In this document: positions 19,274-30,173 of the stretch, piece after piece
How positions within the stretch are numbered: the first letter of the stretch is position 1
Layout of the letters: the number at the start of each line of letters is the position of its first letter
Origin: Planctomycetota bacterium
GTDB taxonomy: Bacteria; Planctomycetota; B15-G4
NCBI GenBank assembly: GCA_965248575.1
Contig: CBDFJQ010000002.1
Span: forward strand, 1,856,001-1,920,000
DNA: 64,000 nucleotides
Reading direction: 5' to 3'
Notes under the pieces: model-generated
What the model saw: only the letters and a program-made list of their open reading frames with translations
What the model was told of the DNA's origin: nothing
Databases searched by the model: none
Made by a program: the position numbers and the translations under genes

Positions 19274-22200
19274 GTGACTGGGCGCGACCACCCGGACGAT
19301 CGCAAGGCGGAACTCTCTCCCGCCAAGCGACGCCTGCTTGAGAAACGACTCGCGGCCCGCAGGGCAGGCGCCGGACAAGCGACCCCCATCCGTCGACAGA
19401 CTTCCGGGCCCTTCCCCAGCTCCTTCAACCAGGAACGCTTCTGGCTCCTGGAACAGCTGGAGCCAGGCAACCCTGCACACAACATCCCCTACGTCTCGCG
19501 CCTGACAGGGCAGCTCGACCGGCAGGCTTTCGAGGCCGCAATCGCGGGCCTGATCGAACGACACGAGATCTTCCGGACCACCTTCCAGGTGCTGGATGGG
19601 GTGCCCATGCAGGTGGTGGCTCCCGAGCTCAGCCTGCCGATTCCGTTTCACGATCTCGCTGAATTGTCCGAGTCGATGCGTGCACGCCGGCGTCAGGAGA
19701 TCATCCATGAGGCGAAGTTCGGCGCCTTCGATCTGGAGCGCGGGCCCCTGTCCAGGGTGGTGCTGCTCCGGCACCACGACCGTTTGCACGAGATGGTGGT
19801 TTGCCAGCACCACATCGTGAATGACGGCTTGGGCATCCAGTACCTGGGCGAGGATTTCGCCGCGCTCTACAGCGCGGCCGTGCGCGGTGGCCACCATGGC
19901 TTGTCGCCGCTCCCCGTGCAGTACAAGGACTGGGCCACCTGGCAGCGGCAGCAGCTCCAGGGCGAGACCCTCGAGCGAGGTCTCGCCTACTGGCGCAAGC
20001 AATTGGCCGCGCTTCCGGTGCTCGACATCCCCAAGGACCATCCCAAGCGCCACAAGGGCGGCTCGGTTGGTGCGAGAGAGCGGCTCGAACTCCCCCCAGC
20101 TCTCATGCCGCAGTTGAGGGAACTCTCGAGAGAGCAGCGAGTCACCCCCTTCATGACCTTGCTGGCCTGCTTCAACGTCTTGTTGATGCGCGTGACGGGC
20201 GAGACGGACATCGCCCTGGGCACACCCGTCGCAGGCCGCACACGCCACGAACTCAACCGACTGCCAGGCTTCTTCATCAACAGCCTCGTGCTGCGCAACG
20301 ATCTCTCGGGCGGCCTGACCTTCACTGAGCTCTTGCAGAGGGTCCGCCGCACGAGTCTTGAAGCACAAGACCATCAGGATGTGCCCTTCGAGCTCGTGCT
20401 GCAGGAGCTCCAACCGGAGCGTCACCTGGATCGCAGCCCACTCTTCCAGGTGATGTTCGACTACGTCGACTTCGTGCAGGATCGCCGTGAACTGCCGGGT
20501 CTGCTGATCGAGTCCGAAGGCACCTTGCTCGGCACCTTCTACGACCTCACGCTCTATGCCTGGGTCACCGAGCAGGGCGTGACGCTGGAGCTGGAGTACG
20601 ACGACGCCCTGTTCGAGGCGCGCACGATCCGCCGCTGGCTGTCCCGCCTGCAGCGCCTGATGGAAGCGGCGGTCCAAGACCCGGACTGCGCCGTCGACCG
20701 CCTCCCGCTCCTGGGCGAAGAGGAGGAGCGGGAACTCCAGGCCTGGGGACAGGGGCCAGACTGCGAGCCCCAAGACATCGTTCACAGGCAGTTCGCCCTG
20801 CAAGCGCAACGCCAACCCCAGGCCCTCGCGCTGAGCTTCCCCAGCCGAGGGCAGTCCCTCAGCTACGGTGAGCTGGACGTCGCGAGCAATCGGCTCGCCC
20901 ATCGCTTGCGATCATTGGGGGTGGGTCCCGAAGTGCTGGTGGGCGTCTGCCTGCCGAGGGGCATCGACCTCCTGGTGAGCCTGCTGGCGATCTGGAAGGC
21001 CGGAGGCGCGTACGTCCCCATCGACCCCAACCTTCCCGCCGAGCGCGTGCGCTTCTTGATCGAGGACACGCAGCTGGCCGTCCTCTTGACGCATGCCGGT
21101 CTGGATTCGATGCCATCCCCGTCGGTGCCATCCCAGGGGGACGCCGAAGTTCCTTTCGTCCTGCGTCTGGATGCAAGCGCCGAGAGCATCGCTCAGGAAC
21201 CGCCGGGCCCCGTAGCGGATCTCTCCCGGCCGGAACATCTGAGCTACGTCATCTACACATCGGGCTCCACAGGCCAACCCAAGGGCACGCTGATCGAGCA
21301 CAGCGCCCTGGCCAACCATGTGGGATGGGTCAAGGACACCTTCCAGATCAACGAGAGCGATCGCTTGCTGCTGAGGACCCCGCTCAGTTTCGACGCCTCC
21401 GTTTGGGAGCTCGTTCACCCCCTGGTTGCCGGCGCCCAATTGATCATCGCTGCTCCGGGCGCGGAGCAGGACGCGGACGAACTGCTGGAGCTCGCCGCGA
21501 CCCAGGGCATCACCGTGCTGCAAACGGTGCCCTCCCTGCTGCAGGTTTGGGTCGACGAACCGCGGCTGGCCGACTGCCAATCGCTGCGACACCTGATCTG
21601 TGCGGGCGAGGCGCTCTCATCCGCGCTGGTCGATCGCGTCCATGAACGCCTGCGCCAGGACAACCTCCAGCTCACGTTGCACAACCTGTACGGTCCCTCC
21701 GAAGCCTGCATCGACAGCTCCAGCCAGATCTGTGGACCGGAGACCGCACGGGGTCGGGACGTGCTACCCATCGGCCGCCCCGCTTCCGGCGTGCGCCTGT
21801 CGGTCCTGGATGAACACCAGGCTCCCAGCCCCGTGGGCGCGGTGGGAGAGATCTACGTGGGCGGGCCAGGAGTGGCGCGCGGCTACCTCGGGCGCCCCGA
21901 ACTCACGGCTTCCGTCTTCCTTCCGGATCCCGCGGCACCAGGCCAGACGATGTACCGCACCGTTTACCGCACCGGCGACCTGGGCCGCTGGCTCGACCAC
22001 GGCGTCCTGGAATACGTCGGTCGCCGTGATCAGCAGGTCAAGATCTCCGGCTACCGCATCGAGCTGGGCGAGATTGAAGCCACACTGCTGCAACACCCAG
22101 GCGTGCGCCAGGCCGTCGTCCTGGCGCAGCCCGTCAACTGGCACCAGGGCGACCCCGAGTCGACTTCGGCCCTGTCACGCAGGCGTCTCGTGGCCTATGT

Positions 22201-25200
22201 CGTGCCGCAGGTCGCAGCTTGGGTGGCCGACGCCAGCGACAGCGTGCGCATCACGGAGCTGCGGTCGTTCCTCCAGACCTCCCTACCGCCCTACATGCTT
22301 CCGTTGGCGTGGGTCTTCCTCGACGCCCTGCCCCTGAATGCGGCCGAGAAGGTCGACCGCAAAGCCCTGGCTTCGTCCCCGTTGCGCACACCGAGCCCAA
22401 CGCAAGCAGGTGCTGCGGCCCCCCCGCCGACACCCCCGGGCAGCGCCACGGAGAAACAGCTCGTGCCGCTCTGGGCCGACTGCCTCGGCCTTGAAGAGGT
22501 CGGCATCCACGACGACTTCTTCGGCCTGGGAGGCAGCTCTCTCATGGCGATGCAACTGGCCTCACGCATGGGCGCCGCCCTGCAACGCCGGGTGCCGTTG
22601 CGCATGCTGTTCGAGTTGCCGAGCGTGGCGCGCCTGGCTCAGGCGCTCGATCATGCCGACAGCGTTCCTCTCCCGTCTCTCCAAGCCTCAGTGCTCAGTG
22701 CCGGTTCCAGTGCCGGTTCCAGTGAAGGCGCCCCGCTCTCGCACGCACAACAACGGCTCTGGTTTCTCGACCAGCTCGACCCTGCTTCACCTGTCTACAA
22801 CCTGGCTGCGGCCCTGCGCTTGAGAGGCCATGTGGATCGCGACGCCTTGCAACAGGCCTGCGACGCCCTGGTGCGGGACCACGACATCCTGCGCACCACC
22901 TTCGAGCTGCGGGACGGGACAGCACACCAAGTCATCCACCCCGCGAACGGCGCCCACGCGCTCAAGCTGCACGCGGAACAGGTCACTGATCGACCAGCGC
23001 ACGGCGCCTCCACCGGTGCCTCCACCCGCGCCCGCGCCGAAGAACTCGCCCGCGAGCCCTTCGATCTCGCGCAAGGGCCTCTCGCCCGGGCCTACTTGTT
23101 GAGCCCATCCAGCGACGAGCACATCCTGCTGTTCGTCCAGCACCACATCGTTTCTGACGGTTGGTCGCTAGGCATCGCCATGCGCCAGTTCATGGAGCAC
23201 TATGAGGCGGCGTGCGCGGGCGTCGCGCTGGGACGCCACAGGCCGCAACTCCGCTACGCCGACTTCGCCCGCTGGCAACAGGCCGCCCAACAGGACGCAG
23301 CTGCAGGTTTGGCGCATGCGGCGGGTCTCGAGTTCTGGAAGCACAGCCTGACAGGTGCGCCGTTCGCACTGGAGCTGCCCACCGACCGGCCCCGCCCTGC
23401 CACCCAGAGTCGCGCGGGGCGACGCCTCCGCTTCCCGTTGCCCCAAGGCCTGTCCGACGACCTGCGCGAGCTCTCCCGCTCCCTCAACGCAACACTCTTC
23501 GACACGTTGGCCGCCGCATGCAGTGTGCTGCTCGAACGCCTCAGTGGTGCGGAAGACATGGTGCTGGGCACGGTGGTCGCGAATCGGACGCGCCTGGAGC
23601 AGGAGGACGTGCTGGGCCTCTTCGTGAACACCTTGCCCTTGCGCGTGCAACTCACGGGCGATCCGACCTTCGCCCAGCTGGTGGCCCGGGTGCACGGCCT
23701 GGCCATCAACGCCTGGGAACACCAGGAGATCCCCTTCGAACAGGTGGTAGAGGCCATCAATCCCCCCCGCGATCTGTCCCGGGCACCGATCTTCCAGGTG
23801 GCCTTCGGCGTCGACAACCTGCCGGACCCACCCATGGCCTTGGCCGGTCTCGAGCTGGAGGTGCTGGACCTGGACCTCGGCAGCGCCAAGCTCGACCTCA
23901 ACATCATGCTGGAGGAGCGGGCCACCCGGCTCGAGGGCGCGGTGGAGTTCAGCACCGATCTGTTTGACGACGACACCATCCGCCGTTGGTGGAGCTGCTT
24001 CGAGACCTTGCTCCGGTCCTGTGTCGCCACGCCCCGCTTGTCCATCCATCGTTTGGCGATTCTCGACGAGCTGGACCGGCGGCAGCTGCAGGATGAGTTC
24101 GCAGGGCCCAACGTCAGCCTTGCTGAGCCTTCGAGCCTTCCTGCTCGCTTCCTGGCCGCAGCGAGAGCACACCGGGAGTCCACCGCACTGATCGACCTGG
24201 CGCCCAGCTCGCCACGCCCGTGGACCTACCGGCAACTTCACGAACGCGTGTTGCAGCTGGCCACCGAGCTGCAGGCTCGCGGCGTGGGGCCCGAGAGCCT
24301 CGTGGGCCTTGTCATCCCGCGCTCTACCGAAGCCCTGATCGCCATGCTGGCCACCTGGGTTGCCGGCGGTGCCGTGCTGCCGCTGGATGTTGACCAGCCC
24401 GCAACGCGTCTCGCACGTCTCATGGAGGAGGCGGGAGTTTCCCTCACCTTGGTCTGCGGATCGAGCGCTGCAGAGCTGCGACACGGCCCCTGGGAGCGGC
24501 TGGACCTGGAGGGCCTGGCCGCCCTCGGCAGCCCCGAGGGCTCCGACGTGAGAGCGCCCGAGGAGCACTTCGCCCCTCCCGCCCCCTCGCAACTGGCGTA
24601 TGTGCTCTTCACCTCCGGCTCGACCGGGCAACCCAAGGGGGTGGAGGTCACCCACGGCGCCTTGGCGGAACAGTTTGCGTGGTACCTCAACGAACTCGCC
24701 GCCACCTCCGCCGATCGTTTCATGGCGCGCATCCCCATCCACTTCGACGCCAACTTCCTGGAGTGGGTGCCGCCGCTGCTCACAGGCGGATCGCTGGTCA
24801 TGGTGCCCCCCGAGCAGTCGGCCGACCCACGGCGCCTGGCCGAGATCGCCGCCACTCACGACGTCAGCGTGCTGCACGAACCACCGCCCATGCTGGAAGC
24901 CTTGCTGCGTGAGCCACAGCTCGCTCACGCATCGGCCCTGCGACACCTCACCACCGGCGGCGACCTGCTACACGAGCAGCTCATCGCGAGCAGCTTCGCC
25001 CAGCTGCCCATCGAGCGCGCCATCACTCTCTATGGCCCCACGGAGGCCTGCATCGATGTGACCTGCCGCCGTTGGGATCGCGGTGACATGGACGACAGCT
25101 CGCTCGGCATCGCCACGGTCGGCACACCCCATGACAACGTGCGCCTGCATCTCGTGGACCGCCGGGATCGCCTCGTGCCCGTGGGCGTGCCCGGCGAGAT

Positions 25201-27169
25201 CCTGATCAGCGGTAGGCATCTCGCTCGAGGCTATCGGGGTCAGCCCGAGGCGACGGTTCGCGCCTTTCCACAGGACCCCTTCGGCCCCCGCGGCCAGCGC
25301 GTCTATCGCACGGGAGATCTGGGCCGCTGGCACGCCGATGGCCAGCTCGAGTTCCTGGGCCGCCTGGACGCGCAGGTCAAGGTCTCGGGGCAGCGCGTGG
25401 AGCCCGGCGAACTGGAAGCCACCCTGCTCGGACATCCCGCCATCCGAGATGCACACGTGCGCGCACGGCACGACCGGGCGGCGCTCCTGGCCTGGGTCGC
25501 GGTTCAGCCCGGTGAGAGGCCGGCCCTCGACGAGGCCGGCCTCAAGAGCTGGCTCAGGCAGCGGCTGCCCCCGATCCTCATCCCGTCACGGGTCTCGCTG
25601 CAGGCCAGCCTCCCGCGACTCTCCACGGGCAAGATCGATGGCGCTGCGCTCCCGCCCCTCGACCGATCCGGCGAGCAGACCGCCCAGGCGAAACCGGATC
25701 ATGGAGACGAGCCCCCGCTCACGCCGACCGAAGCCCTGGTTCTGCAGGTCTTCCGGGAGGTCCTCGAACGGTCGACGCTCGGTCTGCACGACGACTTTTT
25801 CGAGAGCGGCGGCAACTCGCTCATGGCGCTGAAGCTCGTGGCCGACATGGAGCACGGCTTCGAGCAGGTGCTGTCCCTGCGAGAGCTGTTCGAACAGCCC
25901 ACGCCAGCGCGCGTTGCGCAACTGTTGGAGCACAAGCAACACGGTCTGCCGGGGGCGGGCCCACGTACTGGTGCCGCGCTCGACCTACGGGCTGAAGCCA
26001 CGCTCGATGCGAGCCTGAGCGTGTCAGCGCCCCCTGCCAGCTGGCCCCCGCGCAAGGTCTTCCTCACGGGGGCGACTGGTTTCCTGGGAATCCACGTGCT
26101 CGCCGAGTTGCTGCTGCGCAGCGATGTCGAAGTGCATGCCCTCGTGCGCGCGGACTCCCCGCAGCTCGGCCTGGAGCGCCTGACAGCCAGCCTCGAGCGC
26201 TACGCCTTGTACGGACCCATCCACGAAAGTGGCGCACTGACCCGCGTGCACGCTGTTCCTGGCCAACTCGATGCGCAGCGCTTCGGACTCGGCGAGCGGC
26301 AGTTCGATGACCTGGGCCGGGAGCTGGACGCCATCATCCACTCGGGCGCGTCGGTCGACTTCTTCAAGCACTACGGGGCGCTCAAGGCCGCCAATGTCGA
26401 CGGCACCAGAGAGGTCCTGCGTCTGGCCTGCCAAACCCGGACCAAGCCCGTCCACTACGTGTCCACCATTGGGGTGATCGCCTTTGAGCGCTTGCAGACG
26501 AAGCTCGTGCGGGAGTCTGACCCGCTGCCGGGCCCGGAGGGGCTCGAGGGCGGCTATGAGCAGAGCAAGTGGGTCGCCGAGCAACTGGTGCACGAAGCGA
26601 GCGCCCGCGGCCTCCCCGTCAGTGTTCATCGCCCAGGCCGCGTGTCCGCCAGCGCCACGACGGGGCTCGGCAACACCGAGGACATGGCCAGCCGCGTGTT
26701 CGCAGGCTGTGTGGCGATGGGAGCCGTCCCGGACATCGACGGCAGCCTGGACATCACGCCGGTCGACTACTGCGCCGCCGCGCTCGTCCATCTCTTCCTG
26801 CATCAGAGGGCCGAAGGTCGCGTGTACCACCTGGTCAACCCCCAACGGGCGCGCATGCAGGATGCCTACGATGCCGCCGAGCGAGTCGGCCACGCCACGC
26901 GCCGTCTCAGCTATGCCGCATGGCATGCGGAGTTCCTGGAGCGGGTCGGCGGCAAACCCGACGACCCCATGTACCCCCTGCTCCCGTTGCTGACATCCGC
27001 TTCCGACGGTTTGCTGCGTGAGTCCGACTTCCTGCCGGACCTCGTCATGCCGGAGCTCGGCTGGGACAACGTGCGCAAGGGCCTGGAGGGCAGCGGCATC
27101 GCATGCCCCGTCGTGGACACCGGCTTGATCGAACGCTGGATCGATGCAGCGAGCCCACCGGACACGTAG
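19274..27169 (+). CDS. Two-module NRPS, C-A-T-C-A-T-R (terminal thioester reductase)
   Basis: C1 HHIVNDG; A1 YTSGSTGQPKG; T1 FFGLGGSSL; C2 HHIVSDGWS; A2 FTSGSTGQPKG; T2 FFESGGNSL; R domain VFLTGATGFLG...YEQSKWVAE...RPG. Confidence 0.97.
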   Translation: MTGRDHPDDRKAELSPAKRRLLEKRLAARRAGAGQATPIRRQTSGPFPSSFNQERFWLLEQLEPGNPAHNIPYVSRLTGQLDRQAFEAAIAGLIERHEIFRTTFQVLDGVPMQVVAPELSLPIPFHDLAELSESMRARRRQEIIHEAKFGAFDLERGPLSRVVLLRHHDRLHEMVVCQHHIVNDGLGIQYLGEDFAALYSAAVRGGHHGLSPLPVQYKDWATWQRQQLQGETLERGLAYWRKQLAALPVLDIPKDHPKRHKGGSVGARERLELPPALMPQLRELSREQRVTPFMTLLACFNVLLMRVTGETDIALGTPVAGRTRHELNRLPGFFINSLVLRNDLSGGLTFTELLQRVRRTSLEAQDHQDVPFELVLQELQPERHLDRSPLFQVMFDYVDFVQDRRELPGLLIESEGTLLGTFYDLTLYAWVTEQGVTLELEYDDALFEARTIRRWLSRLQRLMEAAVQDPDCAVDRLPLLGEEEERELQAWGQGPDCEPQDIVHRQFALQAQRQPQALALSFPSRGQSLSYGELDVASNRLAHRLRSLGVGPEVLVGVCLPRGIDLLVSLLAIWKAGGAYVPIDPNLPAERVRFLIEDTQLAVLLTHAGLDSMPSPSVPSQGDAEVPFVLRLDASAESIAQEPPGPVADLSRPEHLSYVIYTSGSTGQPKGTLIEHSALANHVGWVKDTFQINESDRLLLRTPLSFDASVWELVHPLVAGAQLIIAAPGAEQDADELLELAATQGITVLQTVPSLLQVWVDEPRLADCQSLRHLICAGEALSSALVDRVHERLRQDNLQLTLHNLYGPSEACIDSSSQICGPETARGRDVLPIGRPASGVRLSVLDEHQAPSPVGAVGEIYVGGPGVARGYLGRPELTASVFLPDPAAPGQTMYRTVYRTGDLGRWLDHGVLEYVGRRDQQVKISGYRIELGEIEATLLQHPGVRQAVVLAQPVNWHQGDPESTSALSRRRLVAYVVPQVAAWVADASDSVRITELRSFLQTSLPPYMLPLAWVFLDALPLNAAEKVDRKALASSPLRTPSPTQAGAAAPPPTPPGSATEKQLVPLWADCLGLEEVGIHDDFFGLGGSSLMAMQLASRMGAALQRRVPLRMLFELPSVARLAQALDHADSVPLPSLQASVLSAGSSAGSSEGAPLSHAQQRLWFLDQLDPASPVYNLAAALRLRGHVDRDALQQACDALVRDHDILRTTFELRDGTAHQVIHPANGAHALKLHAEQVTDRPAHGASTGASTRARAEELAREPFDLAQGPLARAYLLSPSSDEHILLFVQHHIVSDGWSLGIAMRQFMEHYEAACAGVALGRHRPQLRYADFARWQQAAQQDAAAGLAHAAGLEFWKHSLTGAPFALELPTDRPRPATQSRAGRRLRFPLPQGLSDDLRELSRSLNATLFDTLAAACSVLLERLSGAEDMVLGTVVANRTRLEQEDVLGLFVNTLPLRVQLTGDPTFAQLVARVHGLAINAWEHQEIPFEQVVEAINPPRDLSRAPIFQVAFGVDNLPDPPMALAGLELEVLDLDLGSAKLDLNIMLEERATRLEGAVEFSTDLFDDDTIRRWWSCFETLLRSCVATPRLSIHRLAILDELDRRQLQDEFAGPNVSLAEPSSLPARFLAAARAHRESTALIDLAPSSPRPWTYRQLHERVLQLATELQARGVGPESLVGLVIPRSTEALIAMLATWVAGGAVLPLDVDQPATRLARLMEEAGVSLTLVCGSSAAELRHGPWERLDLEGLAALGSPEGSDVRAPEEHFAPPAPSQLAYVLFTSGSTGQPKGVEVTHGALAEQFAWYLNELAATSADRFMARIPIHFDANFLEWVPPLLTGGSLVMVPPEQSADPRRLAEIAATHDVSVLHEPPPMLEALLREPQLAHASALRHLTTGGDLLHEQLIASSFAQLPIERAITLYGPTEACIDVTCRRWDRGDMDDSSLGIATVGTPHDNVRLHLVDRRDRLVPVGVPGEILISGRHLARGYRGQPEATVRAFPQDPFGPRGQRVYRTGDLGRWHADGQLEFLGRLDAQVKVSGQRVEPGELEATLLGHPAIRDAHVRARHDRAALLAWVAVQPGERPALDEAGLKSWLRQRLPPILIPSRVSLQASLPRLSTGKIDGAALPPLDRSGEQTAQAKPDHGDEPPLTPTEALVLQVFREVLERSTLGLHDDFFESGGNSLMALKLVADMEHGFEQVLSLRELFEQPTPARVAQLLEHKQHGLPGAGPRTGAALDLRAEATLDASLSVSAPPASWPPRKVFLTGATGFLGIHVLAELLLRSDVEVHALVRADSPQLGLERLTASLERYALYGPIHESGALTRVHAVPGQLDAQRFGLGERQFDDLGRELDAIIHSGASVDFFKHYGALKAANVDGTREVLRLACQTRTKPVHYVSTIGVIAFERLQTKLVRESDPLPGPEGLEGGYEQSKWVAEQLVHEASARGLPVSVHRPGRVSASATTGLGNTEDMASRVFAGCVAMGAVPDIDGSLDITPVDYCAAALVHLFLHQRAEGRVYHLVNPQRARMQDAYDAAERVGHATRRLSYAAWHAEFLERVGGKPDDPMYPLLPLLTSASDGLLRESDFLPDLVMPELGWDNVRKGLEGSGIACPVVDTGLIERWIDAASPPDT

Positions 27170-27171
27170 CT

Positions 27172-27870
27172 CTAGCGAACCACGACGGCCGTCACCATCT
27201 GCGGACCGGCTGCCCCCCCAGACTCGCCGCGCCACCAACGGCCGGCCAATGTCGCCCGACCGACCGCCTCGACCACCTTCTCCGGCAGTCGCGCTTCAAA
27301 CATCCGAGCCTCCGGGAGCAGCACCAGCTCCACCTCCTGGAAGTCGAGCATGCAGCGGCTCAAGGCGAACTGGGCCTTGTAGACGGACTCCTTGGCACTG
27401 AACACGAGCTTCGCCATGCGGCCTCGCACTTCGGCCGGCTGCGCGTCGAGGGCCTGCCGTTCCGAATCGGTCAGGATGCTCGACCAGAGCTCCTGTTCCA
27501 GGGGCACATCCGCTTCCACGTCGACGCCCAGGGCCAGGACGTCGGCAGTCGGCCTTGCCACGGCGGCCAGCACGACCTGATCGGTGTGCGAAAGAGACCC
27601 CATGACCTGGGCGGGCCAGAGTGGGACGCGGTCCTCGCCACGCAGCAGCGGGGCAGCTGCTTCACCCAGCGCCTCAAGCAGGGCACGAGCCAGAACGCGA
27701 CCGGACGCAAACTGGACGCGACGACGCTCCACCGCCCGCGCCACCAACAAGGCCTCCTCCGGGAACAGCAGCTCTTGGACGTCTGCGACGAAGCGCGCGC
27801 CCATGAGCACATCCGGGCCGAGGAACTCCGCGGGCAAGCCGGGCAGTGCGCTGCTGAGTCCGCTGTTCAA
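27172..27870 (-). CDS. 4'-phosphopantetheinyl transferase (EntD/Sfp type)
   Basis: RR..FASGR, P.WP....GSLSHT, GVDVE and FSAKESVYKA motifs. Confidence 0.93.
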   Translation of the reverse strand: MNSGLSSALPGLPAEFLGPDVLMGARFVADVQELLFPEEALLVARAVERRRVQFASGRVLARALLEALGEAAAPLLRGEDRVPLWPAQVMGSLSHTDQVVLAAVARPTADVLALGVDVEADVPLEQELWSSILTDSERQALDAQPAEVRGRMAKLVFSAKESVYKAQFALSRCMLDFQEVELVLLPEARMFEARLPEKVVEAVGRATLAGRWWRGESGGAAGPQMVTAVVVR

Positions 27871-27891
27871 GGTCGGACCTCTGATCCCTGG

Positions 27892-28653
27892 CTACATCTG
27901 GCTGGCGAGACCACCCGCCGCTTCGCCGCCGTCGATCACCAATGGGTGCCCACAGATGAACCCCGCATCATCCGAAGCCAGGAACGCGAAGAAGGCCGCG
28001 ATCTCCGAAGGCTTGGCGTGACGCTTCATGGGGATCTTCGCGTTGAGCGTGTCGACCATTTCCTGGGTGTACTCGGCTTCCTGCATCGGCGTCATGACCG
28101 CTCCAGGGCAGACACATGCCACGCGCACGGTCGGCGCGAGCTCGAGGGCCATGGTGCGCGTCAACTCGATGACGCCGGCCTTCGAGGCATTGTAGTCAGC
28201 ATAGTGCGGGCAGCCGATGACACCGTTCATGGAACCCATGTTCAGGATCACGCCCTTGCCCGCCGCGAGCATCCGCTTCGCCGCCTGCTGGGCCACGATG
28301 AAGAGCCCCGTGAGGTTGGTGTCCATGACGCGACACCAGTCCTCCAAGCTGATCTCCATGAAGGAGTGCCTGATGCTGAGGCCCGCGTTGTTCACCAAGA
28401 TGTCGACCCCACCCAAGACCTTGTCCACTTGGAGATAGGCCTCTTCCACCTGGGCCGCATCGCTGACGTCGACCTTGAGGACGTCCACCAGGCCGGGGTA
28501 CTCAGCCTGGATCCTCTCACAGCCCGAGGCGTTGCGATCGAGGACGACCACCCGGCAACCCTCTTCGAGGAAGCGCGCTGCGGTTGCTTCCCCGATTCCG
28601 CTGGCTCCGCCCGTGACCAGCACTGCCTTGCCGTCGAGTCCTTTCATGGCCAT
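27892..28653 (-). CDS. Short-chain dehydrogenase/reductase (FabG-like)
   Basis: TGGASGIG, NNAG, catalytic YNASK and IDGG; GGAAGAG RBS-like sequence before ATG 28653. Confidence 0.93.
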   Translation of the reverse strand: MAMKGLDGKAVLVTGGASGIGEATAARFLEEGCRVVVLDRNASGCERIQAEYPGLVDVLKVDVSDAAQVEEAYLQVDKVLGGVDILVNNAGLSIRHSFMEISLEDWCRVMDTNLTGLFIVAQQAAKRMLAAGKGVILNMGSMNGVIGCPHYADYNASKAGVIELTRTMALELAPTVRVACVCPGAVMTPMQEAEYTQEMVDTLNAKIPMKRHAKPSEIAAFFAFLASDDAGFICGHPLVIDGGEAAGGLASQM

Positions 28654-28798
28654 CTCTTCCTGCCTGCCGATCGCATGGTTCCGTCCAAAGGCTCCCGAGC
28701 CCAACTGATCGATGATGCCTGATGATGGCTTGGGGAGTCCCGCCTGAGACCGACATGCTGCGCTGCCGGTCCCGCTCGATCCGGCGCCGTTCGACGGC

Positions 28799-29728
28799 TC
28801 AGGGATTCCAGCGGAGCAGGAGACTACCGGACGTGAGCCCTGCACCGAAGCCCACGAGCAAGACGAGGTCGCCCCGCGACAGCCGTTTGGAGTCGGCCGC
28901 ATCGGCCAAGGCCAGCGGAATGGAGGCTGCAGAGGTGTTGCCCGTACGTTGCAGGACCGTCACCACCCGCTTCTGCTCGATGCCGAGTCGGGCGGCGACC
29001 GCATCAATGATGCGCAGGTTCGCCTGATGGGGAACCAGGAGCGCGAGGTCTTTCGTGGAATGTCCGGTTTTAGCGAGTGTTTCGTTCGCGACGTCCACCA
29101 TCACGCGCACGGCGGCACGAAACGTCTCCCGGCCATCCATGCGCATAAAACCGCCGTATTCAGCGTGGACGAGATCCCCAAGCGCACCGTCGCTGTGCAG
29201 GCTCCAACCCACGATGTCCCCGCTGGCTGGAGCCGCCTCCAGGAGCACCGCGCCAGCCCCATCACCAAAAAGAATCGCCGTGTTCCGATCTTCCCAGCTC
29301 GTGATCCGCCGCATCGTCTCGGCGCCGACCACCAGGACACGACGGCAGCCCGTCGCAAGAAAGCCCGCGGCCGTCGCCATCCCATAGACGAAGCCCGTGC
29401 ACGCGGCATTCAGGTCAAAGGCACCACAGCTCAGCCCCAGGGCATCCTGGACCTGGGTCGCCGTGGCGGGGCATGTGCGATCCGGCGACATGGTGGCAAG
29501 AATCAGCATGTCGACGTCTTCGGGTGCGCAGTTCGCGCGCTGCAAAGCCTGACGACATGCCTCCGTAGCAAGCCCGGCAGTCGTGCCCCCCACACGACGC
29601 TCATGGATTCCCGAGCGTTCGACGATCCATTCACTGGTAACGCCGAGACTCGCGGCGAGGTCGTCATTGCCGACGATCTCGGGCGGAAGCGCCGCGCCCC
29701 AACCCGTGAGGCGTGCGCCCGTCCCCAC
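28799..29728 (-). CDS. fabH: 3-oxoacyl-ACP synthase III (KAS III)
   Basis: Catalytic triad AAC(TGF), PHQAN and GNTSAASIP; FGDGAGA and GFGAGLT. Confidence 0.9.
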   Translation of the reverse strand: MGTGARLTGWGAALPPEIVGNDDLAASLGVTSEWIVERSGIHERRVGGTTAGLATEACRQALQRANCAPEDVDMLILATMSPDRTCPATATQVQDALGLSCGAFDLNAACTGFVYGMATAAGFLATGCRRVLVVGAETMRRITSWEDRNTAILFGDGAGAVLLEAAPASGDIVGWSLHSDGALGDLVHAEYGGFMRMDGRETFRAAVRVMVDVANETLAKTGHSTKDLALLVPHQANLRIIDAVAARLGIEQKRVVTVLQRTGNTSAASIPLALADAADSKRLSRGDLVLLVGFGAGLTSGSLLLRWNP

Positions 29729-30173
29729 GGCCGATCCCTGGTGCGATTCCCCAGATGCTCGTGCAGGCTGACTCAGAGTGGACGGCTCCAGAATGGGCGG
29801 CTCGCGAGGGCGATCGCCAACGTGATCACGGGCTGGGATTCACGAGAGTCGACAGGCCTCATGATCGGGCACCTCTTGAGCAGAACCAAAGCGCCTCAGG
29901 GAGGCAAAGTAACGCCAGCACACTGGAATCCGGCGATCCTTGGACTGCCCGTGCAGCCCGTGTGGAGCGCCCGGAGATCGTCCGAAGGCCCTGCAGGAGT
30001 GCTTCTGGGCGACATGCTCGGGGGGAAGCGGATGTGATCACGGATGAGAGCGGGCTAGGAAGGGCCTCAGATCCTACAGCAGCTGTCGATGGATGGAGTT
30101 TCGCGCATCTCTGACGACCGACTCACGACATCCGCGCAACCTCTTCGCTCACACGACGTACCATCAGGAACCA

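Noticed and set aside
16778..27169. Canonical isonitrile lipopeptide or myxochelin-type cluster
   Set aside because: No ScoE/TauD oxygenase, free ACP or dihydroxybenzoate genes in the window, and the A-domain codes do not look Lys-specific.
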